From: a bacterium
GTDB taxonomy: Bacteria > UBA10199 > 2-02-FULL-44-16 > JAAZCA01
DNA: 64,000 bases
Assembly (NCBI GenBank): GCA_963674695.2
Contig: CAXXGI010000001.1
Coordinates: 544,001 to 608,000, forward strand
Direction of reading: 5' to 3'
Part shown: positions 1 to 9,778 of the stretch, one piece after another
How the letters are laid out: every line of letters starts with the position of its first letter
Numbering within the stretch: the stretch's first letter is position 1
Notes under the pieces: model-generated
Told to the model about the DNA's origin: nothing
Databases searched by the model: none
The model's input: only the letters and a program-made list of their open reading frames with translations
Position numbers and translations under genes: made by a program

Positions 1-385
1 CGAGGCGTCGGACCTGGCCGGGCAGCCACGCTCGGAGACGCTGCGCAAACTCCGCCTTCACGGCCTCTTTGAGCGCCACGTCGACGCGGCCGAAGAACGG
101 CGCCGACGACGCGCCGCTGCGATGGCGCTCGGCCGCGGTCGCGATGGCATCGACCATCCAGGTGCGCCCCTCCTCGGAGAGCGCGCGAGCGAGCGTGCGA
201 CGCGCGAGCCCCTCGACATAGCCGGCAACACCGTCCATGGCAGAGCTGTTTGCAATGGCGGTGACATTGCCATCGGTCAGCCCACCAAATTCAACCGTTT
301 CGGCGGAAGAGGCGAAACCCACCCCTGCGATGAGCACGACTGCGCTCGCGACGACGCCGACACACCACTGTACGACCCAATTCAT
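1..385 (-). CDS. Secreted hypothetical protein, 5' part only (runs off window edge)
   Basis: Manual translation from ATG 385: MNWVVQWCVGVVASAVVLIAGVGFASSAETVEF..., open to position 2; signal-peptide-like N-terminus; sigma54 motif directly upstream. Confidence 0.6.
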   Translation of the reverse strand, partial: MNWVVQWCVGVVASAVVLIAGVGFASSAETVEFGGLTDGNVTAIANSSAMDGVAGYVEGLARRTLARALSEEGRTWMVDAIATAAERHRSGASSAPFFGRVDVALKEAVKAEFAQRLRAWLPGQVRRL

Positions 386-397
386 GCGCGCATGCAA

Positions 398-413
398 TGC
401 AAGAACCAAGCCA
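398..413 (-). promoter_or_regulatory. sigma54 -24/-12 promoter
   Basis: Minus strand TGGCTTGGTTCTTGCA (TGGC-N7-TTGC) just upstream of ATG 385. Confidence 0.55.
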
Positions 414-496
414 ACAAGGCTCACTTGTTTTTCAGGGAGTTATGGATTCGCCACCGCCGCCAATTGCAGCAGTTGATGCAAAACGCAGCAGCGCCG

Positions 497-1885
497 TTAC
501 GGATGAATCGGCAGATCGATCAAATAGACACCCTTCTGGTCACAGCCACTCCACGAAAATCTCACGACGACATATTCCCCACCGTCTGCCCAGAAACTGG
601 TTCCATACGTATCCATATGGCAGGTTTCCGAACGATCCCCAAACACCGGAAGCTCGCGCTGCATCCACGACCACAGACCGCTGCCTTGATCATAAGCCTT
701 ATAGGCCAACGAATTATCATTGTCCCTGATCATCAAAGGCATAATCGGGACGCCGAGCTCGAAACCGGGGAAGTGAATAAGATCACTATTGCGATTATGA
801 TAGAGGTAATTCGCGTTTCGAGCTGTTCTCCAATCATCGAGAATGCCCTGATCTTCGATCGCCTCCCAGGAGGCATCCGCCTGATCCGCTCGACGGCGGT
901 ATAGGACAAAGGAATGATCCTGCGTTGTTCCTCCGAAAAAGAGATAGGGCTGCACGATCTCCAACAACGGATATGTATTCTCATCCGATGGCCGTTCAAA
1001 GACCGTACCATGCGTGATATCCCTCAATTCATAAGAGGAATCGCCCATCGCAAGCTCATAAATCTGATTTGAACCACCGACCAAATAGAGTCGCTTGTTC
1101 ACATCATCGAATCGAATCGCATAGGGCATAGCGAGATAAAAGAAATTCTCGGGGAGTGACACTTGAGTAATACGATCTCCGGGTGCCTTCTGCGTGGAAA
1201 CAATTTGTTGAAAAAAGGATAACTGAGAGCGCTGCGAAGCATTGCCCCGTTCATTTTGTTTCCACATTTCAAGCACGCTGCCATCACGGTTATAATATTC
1301 AACGAGAAACACGGCCCGTTTATCAACAAGATACATCCCGAAGACATTTGCGTCCCGGAAGCGCTCGATCGGCACCCACATGTTCCCCTTCGGATCCAGC
1401 TGAAAGGCGTGCCCATAGAATGACGCGTAGTACATGCCATTGAACTCAAAGACATTGATATAATCCTCATTCATATTCACAACCGGGGGAAGCCCCCTGC
1501 CAAGACGTCGAAAATTTGACAGCCGAGGCCTTTCCCATCCAGAATGATCACGGGCGTCGATGGCCAGCTGAAAGGTCACGGCTTCTTCGTTGAGTTCATA
1601 GATTCCATTAAGAGAGGGATCGATCTCGTCAGCCACAACGAAAAAAGTGCGATCCCCGTTGAAACGAATGGCACGAATAGCATTCGACCGAAATTCAGAG
1701 GCAATATGATGCCATTTCCCTCGCTCTCGCTTCCGATCGAACGCGATATAATACGGTCTCTGCATGGAAATCTGCGGGGGCTCCTTACGCGGCGTGTGCT
1801 TAAGCGATTGCGCCTGCACACCGGAGACACTTCCAAAAACGATGACAAATGCCGCTATCCCGACAATTCCTGTCCGTATCTTCAT
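497..1885 (-). CDS. Secreted hypothetical protein (possibly beta-propeller-like)
   Basis: ORF 497..2002; likely start MKIRTGIVG at 1885 after GGAGG RBS; signal peptide ending VQAQ; aromatic, beta-rich composition; visibly lower GC than neighbours. Confidence 0.6.
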   Translation of the reverse strand: MKIRTGIVGIAAFVIVFGSVSGVQAQSLKHTPRKEPPQISMQRPYYIAFDRKRERGKWHHIASEFRSNAIRAIRFNGDRTFFVVADEIDPSLNGIYELNEEAVTFQLAIDARDHSGWERPRLSNFRRLGRGLPPVVNMNEDYINVFEFNGMYYASFYGHAFQLDPKGNMWVPIERFRDANVFGMYLVDKRAVFLVEYYNRDGSVLEMWKQNERGNASQRSQLSFFQQIVSTQKAPGDRITQVSLPENFFYLAMPYAIRFDDVNKRLYLVGGSNQIYELAMGDSSYELRDITHGTVFERPSDENTYPLLEIVQPYLFFGGTTQDHSFVLYRRRADQADASWEAIEDQGILDDWRTARNANYLYHNRNSDLIHFPGFELGVPIMPLMIRDNDNSLAYKAYDQGSGLWSWMQRELPVFGDRSETCHMDTYGTSFWADGGEYVVVRFSWSGCDQKGVYLIDLPIHP

Positions 1886-2008
1886 ATCCGCCTCCCGTGA
1901 GAACCAAAGCAGTATACAAGCAACAACCATGCCAACAGCTACTGACATTCCTTCAGCCGAAATGCGATATTGAATCCTATCAGAGGAAAGCGGCGTGATC
2001 AATCATCG

Positions 2009-3637
2009 TTACTGCTGACAGACCAGGCGCGCCTCATCTACGAAGTCGGCCCGGCAGCGCGTGTTCGTGCCGGCGGCCAACTGCAGGCGGCGCGATACGC
2101 TCCGGCCGGTGGGCGGATGATGCACGCGCACCTCGTGGGCCCCGGGGGCAAGCGTGAGGTGCAGCGGCGCCTCGCGACCGCGCGCGGCCCCCGCGACATC
2201 GACCATCCCCCACGGGCGCGCGGTCACGGAAAGGCGCGCATGCCCGCGTCGCGCGAGCGAAACATTCGCCACCATCGCGGGGCTCTCCGGCGTCAGGCGA
2301 AAGGTCTTCGTGGCGGGGACATGTCCGGGGAGCGAGAGCGTGACGCGACCGTCGATGCCATCGCCCAGATCGATGGCATCCTGCACGAAGGGAGTGGTGA
2401 TGGCGCGGCGCTCGCCGCCAAAGAAGAGCGTCCCGGTCGCGCCGGTGGGGGTGCTGTCGATCACGATGCGGCCGCTGACCGGGACGGTCGGCGATGGGGC
2501 GGACGCTGCCGCCACTTCCTGCGATATGCTGCTCGGCGGCACCTCTACCGACACCTCGCGCGAACCGACCGGCGGCACCGCCGCGAGCAAAAGGAGAATG
2601 ACCGCTGCCCCCATCAGGCGCAGGCGATGCCACGACCACTTCCGGAGTCTCTGGCCCACCTCCACCGGCATGACGCGCGTGCCGTCGCCCTCGGCCTCTG
2701 TCCCGAGTGTCGCACGCGGCGCGCACGCGAAGCGCTCGTGCAGGAGGCCCGCCATCTCCAACGAGGTACTCATCGCCCCCAGGATCTGCATCGCCTGCCG
2801 CACGTCGGCGAGCATCTCCGAGGCATGCTGGTAGCGAACATCCGAGTCGGCCGCGAGGGCGAGGAGGAGGATCGCGCGCAACTCCGGTGGCAGATGCGCC
2901 ATGCGTTCCTGCGGCAGATCGACCGAACGCACGCGCTCGAGGACCTCGATGTCGGTCGGCGCATCGAAGAGGCGCGAAGCGGTGAGAAGCTCGAAGAGCA
3001 TAATGCCGCAGGCGAAGAGATCGGCGCGGCAATCGACGGACTCGCCGCGCGCCTGCTCCGGCGCCATGTAGGCGTACTTGCCGCGCGGCGCCCCCATCGC
3101 CGTGACGTGCGTGCGATGCCCTCCCTTGGCGATGCCGAAGTCGGTCACCTTCACCTCGCCGTTGACGGAGATGAGGATGTTCGAGGGCGAAATATCGCGA
3201 TGAACGATATGGAGGGGCGTGCCATCGGCGCCGACCGAGCGATGGGCAAACTCGAGGGCGACGAGCACCTGGGCCGTGATGAAGAGCGCCTGCGCCATGG
3301 GCAGGGGTTCCTCATCGCGCAGGCAGAAACGCAAGAGCTGCCCCGCGTCGATGCCGTCGACATATTCCATGGCGATGAAGGGGACCGACGCGTCGCGACC
3401 CAGTTCATAGACCTGCACGATCGCCTGGTGCTGCAGGTGCGTGAGCACGCGCGCCTCGTCGATGAGGAGCGTGCGCAGCTCGGCGTTGCCGCACCAGTTG
3501 GGCAGCAGGCGCTTGATCGCAACGGTCTTGACGAACCCATCGGAGGACTCAAACCGGGCGCGAAAGACCTCGGCCGTCCCCCCGCGCGCGATGCGCTCCA
3601 GGAGCGTATACCGGCCAAACCGATGCGGGAGTTTCAT
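2009..3637 (-). CDS. Hanks-type Ser/Thr protein kinase with TM helix and C-terminal PEGA-like domains
   Basis: IARGGTAEVF, VAIKR, HRDISPSN, DFGIAK, YMAPEQ, DLFACG motifs; hydrophobic helix; IDSTPTGA and VTARPWG PEGA-like starts. Confidence 0.92.
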   Translation of the reverse strand: MKLPHRFGRYTLLERIARGGTAEVFRARFESSDGFVKTVAIKRLLPNWCGNAELRTLLIDEARVLTHLQHQAIVQVYELGRDASVPFIAMEYVDGIDAGQLLRFCLRDEEPLPMAQALFITAQVLVALEFAHRSVGADGTPLHIVHRDISPSNILISVNGEVKVTDFGIAKGGHRTHVTAMGAPRGKYAYMAPEQARGESVDCRADLFACGIMLFELLTASRLFDAPTDIEVLERVRSVDLPQERMAHLPPELRAILLLALAADSDVRYQHASEMLADVRQAMQILGAMSTSLEMAGLLHERFACAPRATLGTEAEGDGTRVMPVEVGQRLRKWSWHRLRLMGAAVILLLLAAVPPVGSREVSVEVPPSSISQEVAAASAPSPTVPVSGRIVIDSTPTGATGTLFFGGERRAITTPFVQDAIDLGDGIDGRVTLSLPGHVPATKTFRLTPESPAMVANVSLARRGHARLSVTARPWGMVDVAGAARGREAPLHLTLAPGAHEVRVHHPPTGRSVSRRLQLAAGTNTRCRADFVDEARLVCQQ

Positions 3638-3660
3638 AGAAGCGTTCTTTCGTAAAGTTC

Positions 3661-3735
3661 GTCATTCTGAGCGCAAGCGAAGAATCCCGATTTCAGATCG
3701 TCAATCGGTATCCTTCGCTTCCAGCTCAGGATGAC
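3661..3735. repeat. REP-like palindrome pair, type B (GTCATTCTGAG...CTCAGGATGAC)
   Basis: GTCATTCTGAGCGCAAGCGAAGAATC ... ATCCTTCGCTTCCAGCTCAGGATGAC; homologous copy at 9672-9747. Confidence 0.75.
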
Positions 3736-3814
3736 TCACCCTGGAAACCGAGTTTTTGGAAATGTCCCTCATTGCACATCCACACGACTACAGAACGACG
3801 CAGCCCCCTGGTAA

Positions 3815-3830
3815 AGCAAGGGGCGTGCCA
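3815..3830 (-). promoter_or_regulatory. sigma54 -24/-12 promoter upstream of the Ser/Thr kinase
   Basis: Minus strand TGGCACGCCCCTTGCT, full match to TGGCACG-N4-TTGCW. Confidence 0.7.
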
Positions 3831-3978
3831 AGGAGGGCGATTCATTTTCGGCAATCATTTCAGCACACGCATCGGCAGACCGGGGGCGAATGCGTTCGCG
3901 GGATGAAACAGTGTGCGTCGGATGAAACAGTCAGCCGCATTGACCGGACGAGTCCCCTTCATTATAGAGGGGATGACC

Positions 3979-4779
3979 ATGTCGATTCCCATCCTCATCG
4001 GGCTGGCCGTCGCACTCGCCATCGTCGCCTTTGCGGCTGCCATCCTCGGCATCGGCGGGGGGGCGGCCTACACGCCGCTGCAGGTCATCGCCGGCGTCGA
4101 GATCCACACCGCGGCGGCCACGAGCCTCCTGCTCATCGCGGTACTCTCGCTCTCGGCCACGCGCGTCTATCGGCGCGCACGCAGAATCGACTGGGGCATG
4201 GCACTCGTCTTCGAGACGGCCACCGTCATCGGCGGATTTCTGGGAGGCTACGGCTCGCACCTGATTCCCTCGCGCCCGCTCACCATCCTGCTCATCGCGG
4301 CAATCACCTTTTCCGGCATCCTGATGCTCAAGGGACGGCTGTACACGCACGAAATACGGCCGCGCCGAATGCGCTTCTACCACTGGCAGCGCAGGCTGGG
4401 GGATGAGCGCTACAGCGTGAACCTCCTGCTCGCGCTGCCCCTCTGCCTCATCGCCGGCATCATCGCCGGGCTCGTGGGGATCGGCGGCGGCATCCTCAAG
4501 GTGCCGATGATGGCGCTGCTGCTGGGCGTGCCGATCGACATCGCCATCGCGACGAGCGCCTTCATGGTGGGGCTGACCGCGCTGGGAGGATTTGCGGGAC
4601 ACCTGAGCGCGGGGCACGTCGACTGGCGCAGCGCGGCCGTGCTCGCCCCCACGGTCTTCATCGGCGCGCAGATCGGCGCCCACTGCATGCTGCGCATCCC
4701 GAAGGGACGCCTCAAGCGTATCTTCGGCATCGCCATGCTCGTCATCGCCGCGGGGCTGGCGTGGAAGGTGCTGAAATAA
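3979..4779 (+). CDS. Sulfite exporter TauE/SafE family membrane protein
   Basis: Duplicated GIGGG motif (LGIGGGAAYTP, VGIGGGILKVP), AATS/IATS, about 8 TM helices; GAGGGG RBS. Confidence 0.88.
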   Translation: MSIPILIGLAVALAIVAFAAAILGIGGGAAYTPLQVIAGVEIHTAAATSLLLIAVLSLSATRVYRRARRIDWGMALVFETATVIGGFLGGYGSHLIPSRPLTILLIAAITFSGILMLKGRLYTHEIRPRRMRFYHWQRRLGDERYSVNLLLALPLCLIAGIIAGLVGIGGGILKVPMMALLLGVPIDIAIATSAFMVGLTALGGFAGHLSAGHVDWRSAAVLAPTVFIGAQIGAHCMLRIPKGRLKRIFGIAMLVIAAGLAWKVLK

Positions 4780-4826
4780 CAGAAGATTTTAAGATATACG
4801 GACGTTGTTGAAATATTCTTTTTCCA

Positions 4827-4854
4827 CACAACTTTTTCGCGTCTTCGCCGATGA
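4827..4854 (+). promoter_or_regulatory. Recurrent promoter-like motif (sigma28-type -10), copy A
   Basis: CACAACT-N13-GCCGATGA upstream of ATG 4902. Confidence 0.55.
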
Positions 4855-4901
4855 GGAGAAGAGCGCAGCACCCGAGCTCCAAACGAGAGAAAGTGACACC
4901 G

Positions 4902-6173
4902 ATGACGACCTTCGCGATAACCCCAGGAACCTCAGCGTCCGCGTTCATGGCGTTTGACTCCAACCTGGGATCTGCCGATGGCAGCTCAAGCGAGGTGGGA
5001 AATGTCGGGTCCGTACCGATGGAGACCGACGCCTTCGATGACGCCCCCATCCTGGCCGAAGCGCAACCGATCAAACTCGTCGCCCTGGGGGACGTGCATA
5101 AGAAGTGGGGCCCGGTCCAACAGATTCTCGACCATGAATTTCCTGAAGGCAACGGCGTCGCCCTCAGCGTGGGGGATCTCATCTCCTATCCGCCGTTGGA
5201 GAACGGCCATCGCATCCTCTTCACGCATGGCAATCACGAAAACTTCGGGGCACTCGAAACACTCCACGAGGATTCACGCGGGCAGTATCAACCGATCTTT
5301 GCAGGACAGTCCCTCGCAATCGGCGGACTGACGCTCGCCGGCATTCCGGGCATCTTTTTGCAGCGCTTCTACGATAACCCCGATCTTACATCCCTCAAGT
5401 ATTTCACTCGATCACAGGTCGAGACGATGAGGGCGATGGAGCGCTCGGTCGACATCCTGCTCATGCATGACGCGCCGTCGAGAGTGGGGTTTCAAAAAAA
5501 TGGCACCGCCCGGGGCGACCCGTTACTCACGGGCATCATCGAATATCTGCGCCCGCGCCTGGTCCTGTTTGGCCATCATCATCAATCATTTCAGGGACAG
5601 CTGGGAGAGACGCGCATCGTGGGCCTTGATTACCCACACCGATCCTACGGCGTCATCGAGTTCGATCCCAAAACGGAATTACTCCGGATGACGCGACACA
5701 ACGCCAAACTCGAGAAGGGCCCCGGCAAAATGCTGGTGTTTCATTATGCCTGGCAATCTGATAAGAACGTTGGTGGATCAGAGGTTCTCTTCAAGGGGAG
5801 GATTGCCGTGGGACGTGAACAGGAGTTACAGGAACAGCTCATCACCGCACATCGCGATCGCATCATTGCGGACCTCAAAGGACGGATTCAATCCGGCCTC
5901 ACAACGACCGACGCGGACACACTCGCCCAGCGACGCGCGACGCTTGCCGTCAACAGCGCACTCCCCTTCGCCGCACGCTATGCGGCAGCGATCGAGAAAA
6001 ATCCAAATATGTCGAAGGAAGAAAAAGAAGATCTGCTCAAAGAAATATATTGCCGCATGTGCACAACGCCCTTTCCCGAAGCCTCGGACGAGACGCTGCT
6101 GGCTTTTCAGGAAGCTCTCAAGGCGCTGGGGATGGTGCAAAACATTGCGGATAGACCATCTCAGCTGACATGA
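4902..6173 (+). CDS. Calcineurin-like metallophosphoesterase with acidic N-terminal leader and helical C-terminal extension
   Basis: GDVH, VGDL, GNHE, MHD, GHHH metal-binding motifs; start chosen at MTTFAITPG. Confidence 0.8.
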   Translation: MTTFAITPGTSASAFMAFDSNLGSADGSSSEVGNVGSVPMETDAFDDAPILAEAQPIKLVALGDVHKKWGPVQQILDHEFPEGNGVALSVGDLISYPPLENGHRILFTHGNHENFGALETLHEDSRGQYQPIFAGQSLAIGGLTLAGIPGIFLQRFYDNPDLTSLKYFTRSQVETMRAMERSVDILLMHDAPSRVGFQKNGTARGDPLLTGIIEYLRPRLVLFGHHHQSFQGQLGETRIVGLDYPHRSYGVIEFDPKTELLRMTRHNAKLEKGPGKMLVFHYAWQSDKNVGGSEVLFKGRIAVGREQELQEQLITAHRDRIIADLKGRIQSGLTTTDADTLAQRRATLAVNSALPFAARYAAAIEKNPNMSKEEKEDLLKEIYCRMCTTPFPEASDETLLAFQEALKALGMVQNIADRPSQLT

Positions 6174-8547
6174 GCAGACGCTCACCCGCATCCGGAAAGA
6201 ATGGACTCTCCGGTGTCATCACGGAAAATTGTACGTTGCGATCCCATCCCGATTCCCGCATCCGAGCACGCGTGTGATTGAACGCATCGCGCATGCGCTG
6301 ATCGCAATTGAATTCATCCAGCCTACTCTGTTTATTCACCACACGATCGAACTTCTTATATTGTTTGGTGACACCAATACTTCCGTCGGGCAGCTGCCGC
6401 TGCCACCACTCCAATCCCTGCATCTCCGCGCCACTGTTAGCTGACTGCCATGATCGAATCGATTCGATCGTTCGCGCCACAAAGCCATCAAACCGATCTG
6501 GTGTGACGACCACGGCGATATCGATGTCGCTGGCCTTTGCCGCCCTTCCCTCGATCCCCAGGTGAGAAACCCAGCGAAAGGGAATATCCGTCCCGGACTT
6601 AAACCCCGTCACGGAACTACCCTGGACGTAAACGGCAACGCCGGACTCATAGAGCGGCACGCCAGCTGCATGAAGCTCCGCCATCGCAACGCATTGAAAC
6701 TCCTGATACTGCGCAATCGATTCAAACCCGAGGGGCAACTCCGTTCCGTACCCCAGAAACTGTTGCATCCCCTTCACGCCGATGAGGGATTGCAACTCCT
6801 CTCCCGTCCAACGCTGTGCACCGATAAGGTGATCGATGAGATCGGACTGCTCCTGCACCGAAAGTCCATTCAGCTCGCGCGCACCGAGCCAACCTTCTAC
6901 CTGGGAACGCCGCTCGACGGTGAGCTCGCCCAGACGAAAGGCACCTGTCTGTTCGGGATTGGAGAGATTGATTGGTCGCGCAGAGCCCATCGCCCTCGTC
7001 TCGATGACATCATCAGCGAGCTTTGGAGGAGGAAGATTCTTTTCGAGAACGGCACTCGAGGCCCGCCGTGATTCAACACGCGTGATCCAGTCCGGAATGG
7101 CGATGAACCCGCGCTCATCGGCGAGCGCCGTCTTGAGATACGTCACAAACTCCGACCGACTCATCGCGCCGATACGATCGACACCGAGGCGCACAACACG
7201 CATGCCACCGCCGGCGGCACCGCGCACGGTCGCATAGGCCGCGCGGCCCACCAGATCCAGGCCAGACAGATGCCACGCGCCGATCGCCGTTTGACGACCG
7301 AGGTGCGCCGTGGTCGAAAACGCCACGCGCGCTCGTGAAGCACCGCTGCGCGAGAGTGCTCGCATCATGCTATACGTGGAGCTCACCGCCTCGTTTGCAC
7401 GCAGTGCAAGTACCGGCGCCTCCAACGCGCAGACCGCGAGCGCCGTATACATGATGAGCTGCGCGGTCTCCTCTGAGCGATCCTGGGCGACGCTCCATTC
7501 AGCGTTATTCAATGCATCGGGCTCGTCGGGCAGTTCATCCGTCGCCCAGCGATAACAATAGACCGCTCCATCCTTCATGAGCACGAAGGGATCGGTAAAG
7601 AAACGCACCACCCCTTTTCCGGCAACATAGTTTTGATCCGAAATGCTCGCATGTCCTAAACCTGTCTTCCAGGTCTTCTTGTGCAACTCCTTCGCCAACC
7701 TCACAACCCCTTCATGAACGGCAGGGGAATCAACATCGATCTTTGCCCCCAATATTTTTTCATCCAAACCCGTGCGAAAGGCGAAGCGCTTGAATCGCAT
7801 CACGGCATCGACGAGCACCCCCTCCAACGCGGCGACGCGATCCTCTTTTTTTTCAGGGACACAGATCTCAATGTGCCCGTTTGCATTCCAGGCCTCGAAC
7901 ATCCCGATAGATTTAGGGTCGAGAATCGGCGTGACGATTTCAGGGTTATGCTCCAACGGCAGGGCAATCTGCGTCAGCATGTGCCCGAGTTCAAAGAGAT
8001 CACGGCGACGCGCAGGACCGGGCTCGATGCGATCTTCAGCATAATCCCAGACGCTTCCTGTCTGTTCGAGATGGGAGCGCACCTCATCGTCATCCATTTC
8101 GAAAATCGCTTCCGCCCTGAGCAGTTGATGTTCGAACCATTCCTGCAGTTCTGGTACCACCGCGCTTGTTGTAAAATGCTCGATCGCAACCGCCAACGCT
8201 TCGCGGGCACGCACACTCTCTTCGCCACACGCGATGAACCGAAACAGGTTATCGAGTGCGTCTCCCAATGCATCATAGCGGCGGGCAAACGTCGGCGAGA
8301 GATCATAGCCAACCGCCTCCGGTATTTCCGAATCGGAAATGGAAATGGAATCAGGAGACCAGATGACGTGATCGGCATGCGATGCGGAGCACGAAAAAGC
8401 ATCTGGGGTTGATAGCTCGAAGCCATCTCCGGGATCGATCGCTTCATAGGCGAGCGATTCGGCTTCGATCTCGGGCGCAAGGGGAGCGACGACTGAACCG
8501 GCATCAGTCGCATCCTTTTTGATCAGATTGTCGCCGCCGGAATGCAT
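6118..8547 (-). CDS. Large orphan protein with C-terminal pol-beta-like nucleotidyltransferase domain (effector/toxin-like)
   Basis: About 809 aa; QGSSVTG...SDIDIAVV (GS...DxD) near the C-terminus; acidic leader; hydrophobic segment and LADERGFIAIP before the catalytic region. Confidence 0.65.
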   Translation of the reverse strand: MHSGGDNLIKKDATDAGSVVAPLAPEIEAESLAYEAIDPGDGFELSTPDAFSCSASHADHVIWSPDSISISDSEIPEAVGYDLSPTFARRYDALGDALDNLFRFIACGEESVRAREALAVAIEHFTTSAVVPELQEWFEHQLLRAEAIFEMDDDEVRSHLEQTGSVWDYAEDRIEPGPARRRDLFELGHMLTQIALPLEHNPEIVTPILDPKSIGMFEAWNANGHIEICVPEKKEDRVAALEGVLVDAVMRFKRFAFRTGLDEKILGAKIDVDSPAVHEGVVRLAKELHKKTWKTGLGHASISDQNYVAGKGVVRFFTDPFVLMKDGAVYCYRWATDELPDEPDALNNAEWSVAQDRSEETAQLIMYTALAVCALEAPVLALRANEAVSSTYSMMRALSRSGASRARVAFSTTAHLGRQTAIGAWHLSGLDLVGRAAYATVRGAAGGGMRVVRLGVDRIGAMSRSEFVTYLKTALADERGFIAIPDWITRVESRRASSAVLEKNLPPPKLADDVIETRAMGSARPINLSNPEQTGAFRLGELTVERRSQVEGWLGARELNGLSVQEQSDLIDHLIGAQRWTGEELQSLIGVKGMQQFLGYGTELPLGFESIAQYQEFQCVAMAELHAAGVPLYESGVAVYVQGSSVTGFKSGTDIPFRWVSHLGIEGRAAKASDIDIAVVVTPDRFDGFVARTIESIRSWQSANSGAEMQGLEWWQRQLPDGSIGVTKQYKKFDRVVNKQSRLDEFNCDQRMRDAFNHTRARMRESGWDRNVQFSVMTPESPFFPDAGERLLMSAEMVYPQCFAPSPAP

Positions 8548-8618
8548 GAAACCCCCCAAATGAGGTGCACAGGAGGCGCGGATGAGGATTCACACACGCC
8601 CCTGCCGTTACCTCTTTA

Positions 8619-8648
8619 TTATCGGCAGGTTGGGGGGAGAGAGTTGCG
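8619..8648 (-). promoter_or_regulatory. Recurrent promoter-like motif, copy B
   Basis: Minus strand CGCAACT-N15-GCCGATAA upstream of ATG 8547. Confidence 0.6.
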
Positions 8649-8705
8649 TGGGAGGACAAGAAAATGCGTACGACGATTATCACGTAACCATAGGGAATAA
8701 TATAA

Positions 8706-9587
8706 CTATTTCTTCTTTTGGATGAGACCCAGCAACGTGCGGAGATTCTTGGAGTCGTGGGCAGTCGGATTCTCGGCCTTGGGGGTCTCCAGGATCATGG
8801 GGAGGGGGGCGAGCGCGGGGTCGTTCATGAGGAGGCGAAAACCGGAAAGACCGATTTTTCCCTCGCCGATGTGCGCGTGGCGATCGCGATGCAAACCCAG
8901 ATCGAACATCGAGTCGTTCAGATGCAGGGCGGCGAGTTTCTTCATGCCGACGGTGGAACGAAACTGTCGCCAGGTTTCATTCCATCCCTTCTTCGTGCGC
9001 AGCTCATAGCCGGCCGCGAAGACGTGTGCGGTGTCGAGGCAGACGACGACGCGTGAGGAGTCGGCGACCCCGTCGATGATGGCGGCGAGCTCCTCGAAGC
9101 GGCTGCCGATCGAGGTGCCCTGACCGGCGGTGGTCTCCAGGGCGATCTTTGTGGAGAGGGCCTTCGTCTCGTCGAGGATGCGGTCGATCGAATCGATGAT
9201 GCGCGCGATCCCCCAGTCGAGGCCGCGATCCTTGTGCGCGCCGGGGTGGACGACGACGAAGGGGAGCGAGAGCATCGCGGCGCGCTCGATCTCTTCGCGC
9301 ATGCCGCGGAGCGAGCGCGCATAGGTCGTGCGGTCGGGGGCAGCGAGATTGATGAGATAGCTGGCATGCGCGATGGCAACGCGGATACCACCCGCCTTCA
9401 TCTCCTGCGCGAAGGCCTCGGCGTCGTCGTCGGAGATCGGGCGCGTGCGCCACTGCTGGTTGCTGGAGGTAAAGAGTTGAATCGCGGTGCAGCCGAGTTC
9501 CGCACCCGTCTTCGGTGCGTTTGCCACGCCGCCGGCGATGGAACAGTGCACGCCGATGAGGCGCCCCTTGTAGCGATCTTTTTTCAT
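8706..9587 (-). CDS. nfo: Endonuclease IV (AP endonuclease)
   Basis: GVHCSIAGG, HASYLINL, HPG, LETTAGQG, CLDTAHVFAAGY, HLNDS, DRHAHIGEG, ILETP. Confidence 0.95.
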   Translation of the reverse strand: MKKDRYKGRLIGVHCSIAGGVANAPKTGAELGCTAIQLFTSSNQQWRTRPISDDDAEAFAQEMKAGGIRVAIAHASYLINLAAPDRTTYARSLRGMREEIERAAMLSLPFVVVHPGAHKDRGLDWGIARIIDSIDRILDETKALSTKIALETTAGQGTSIGSRFEELAAIIDGVADSSRVVVCLDTAHVFAAGYELRTKKGWNETWRQFRSTVGMKKLAALHLNDSMFDLGLHRDRHAHIGEGKIGLSGFRLLMNDPALAPLPMILETPKAENPTAHDSKNLRTLLGLIQKKK

Positions 9588-9671
9588 GGGCGTTCGATGA
9601 CATCGCCCGCACAAAAACGCAAGGCGATCTCTCCAATATGGGCGCATCTCTAAACCGCATCTTACGAAGCC

Positions 9672-9747
9672 TGTCATTCTGAGTGTAAACGAAGAATCCC
9701 GATGAGCCGCGTCACATCGGGATCCTTCGCTGACACTCAGGATGACA
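9672..9747. repeat. REP-like palindrome pair, type B
   Basis: TGTCATTCTGAGTGTAAACGAAGAATC ... GATCCTTCGCTGACACTCAGGATGACA. Confidence 0.75.
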
Positions 9748-9778
9748 CATCCTGGAAATCACGTTTTTCGATATGCGA

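Noticed and set aside
1970-3655. Long antisense ORFs (e.g. 1970-3655, 14547-16703, 19963-21459, 31766-33697, 41661-42734)
   Set aside because: Shadow frames opposite well-supported genes, expected in high-GC DNA
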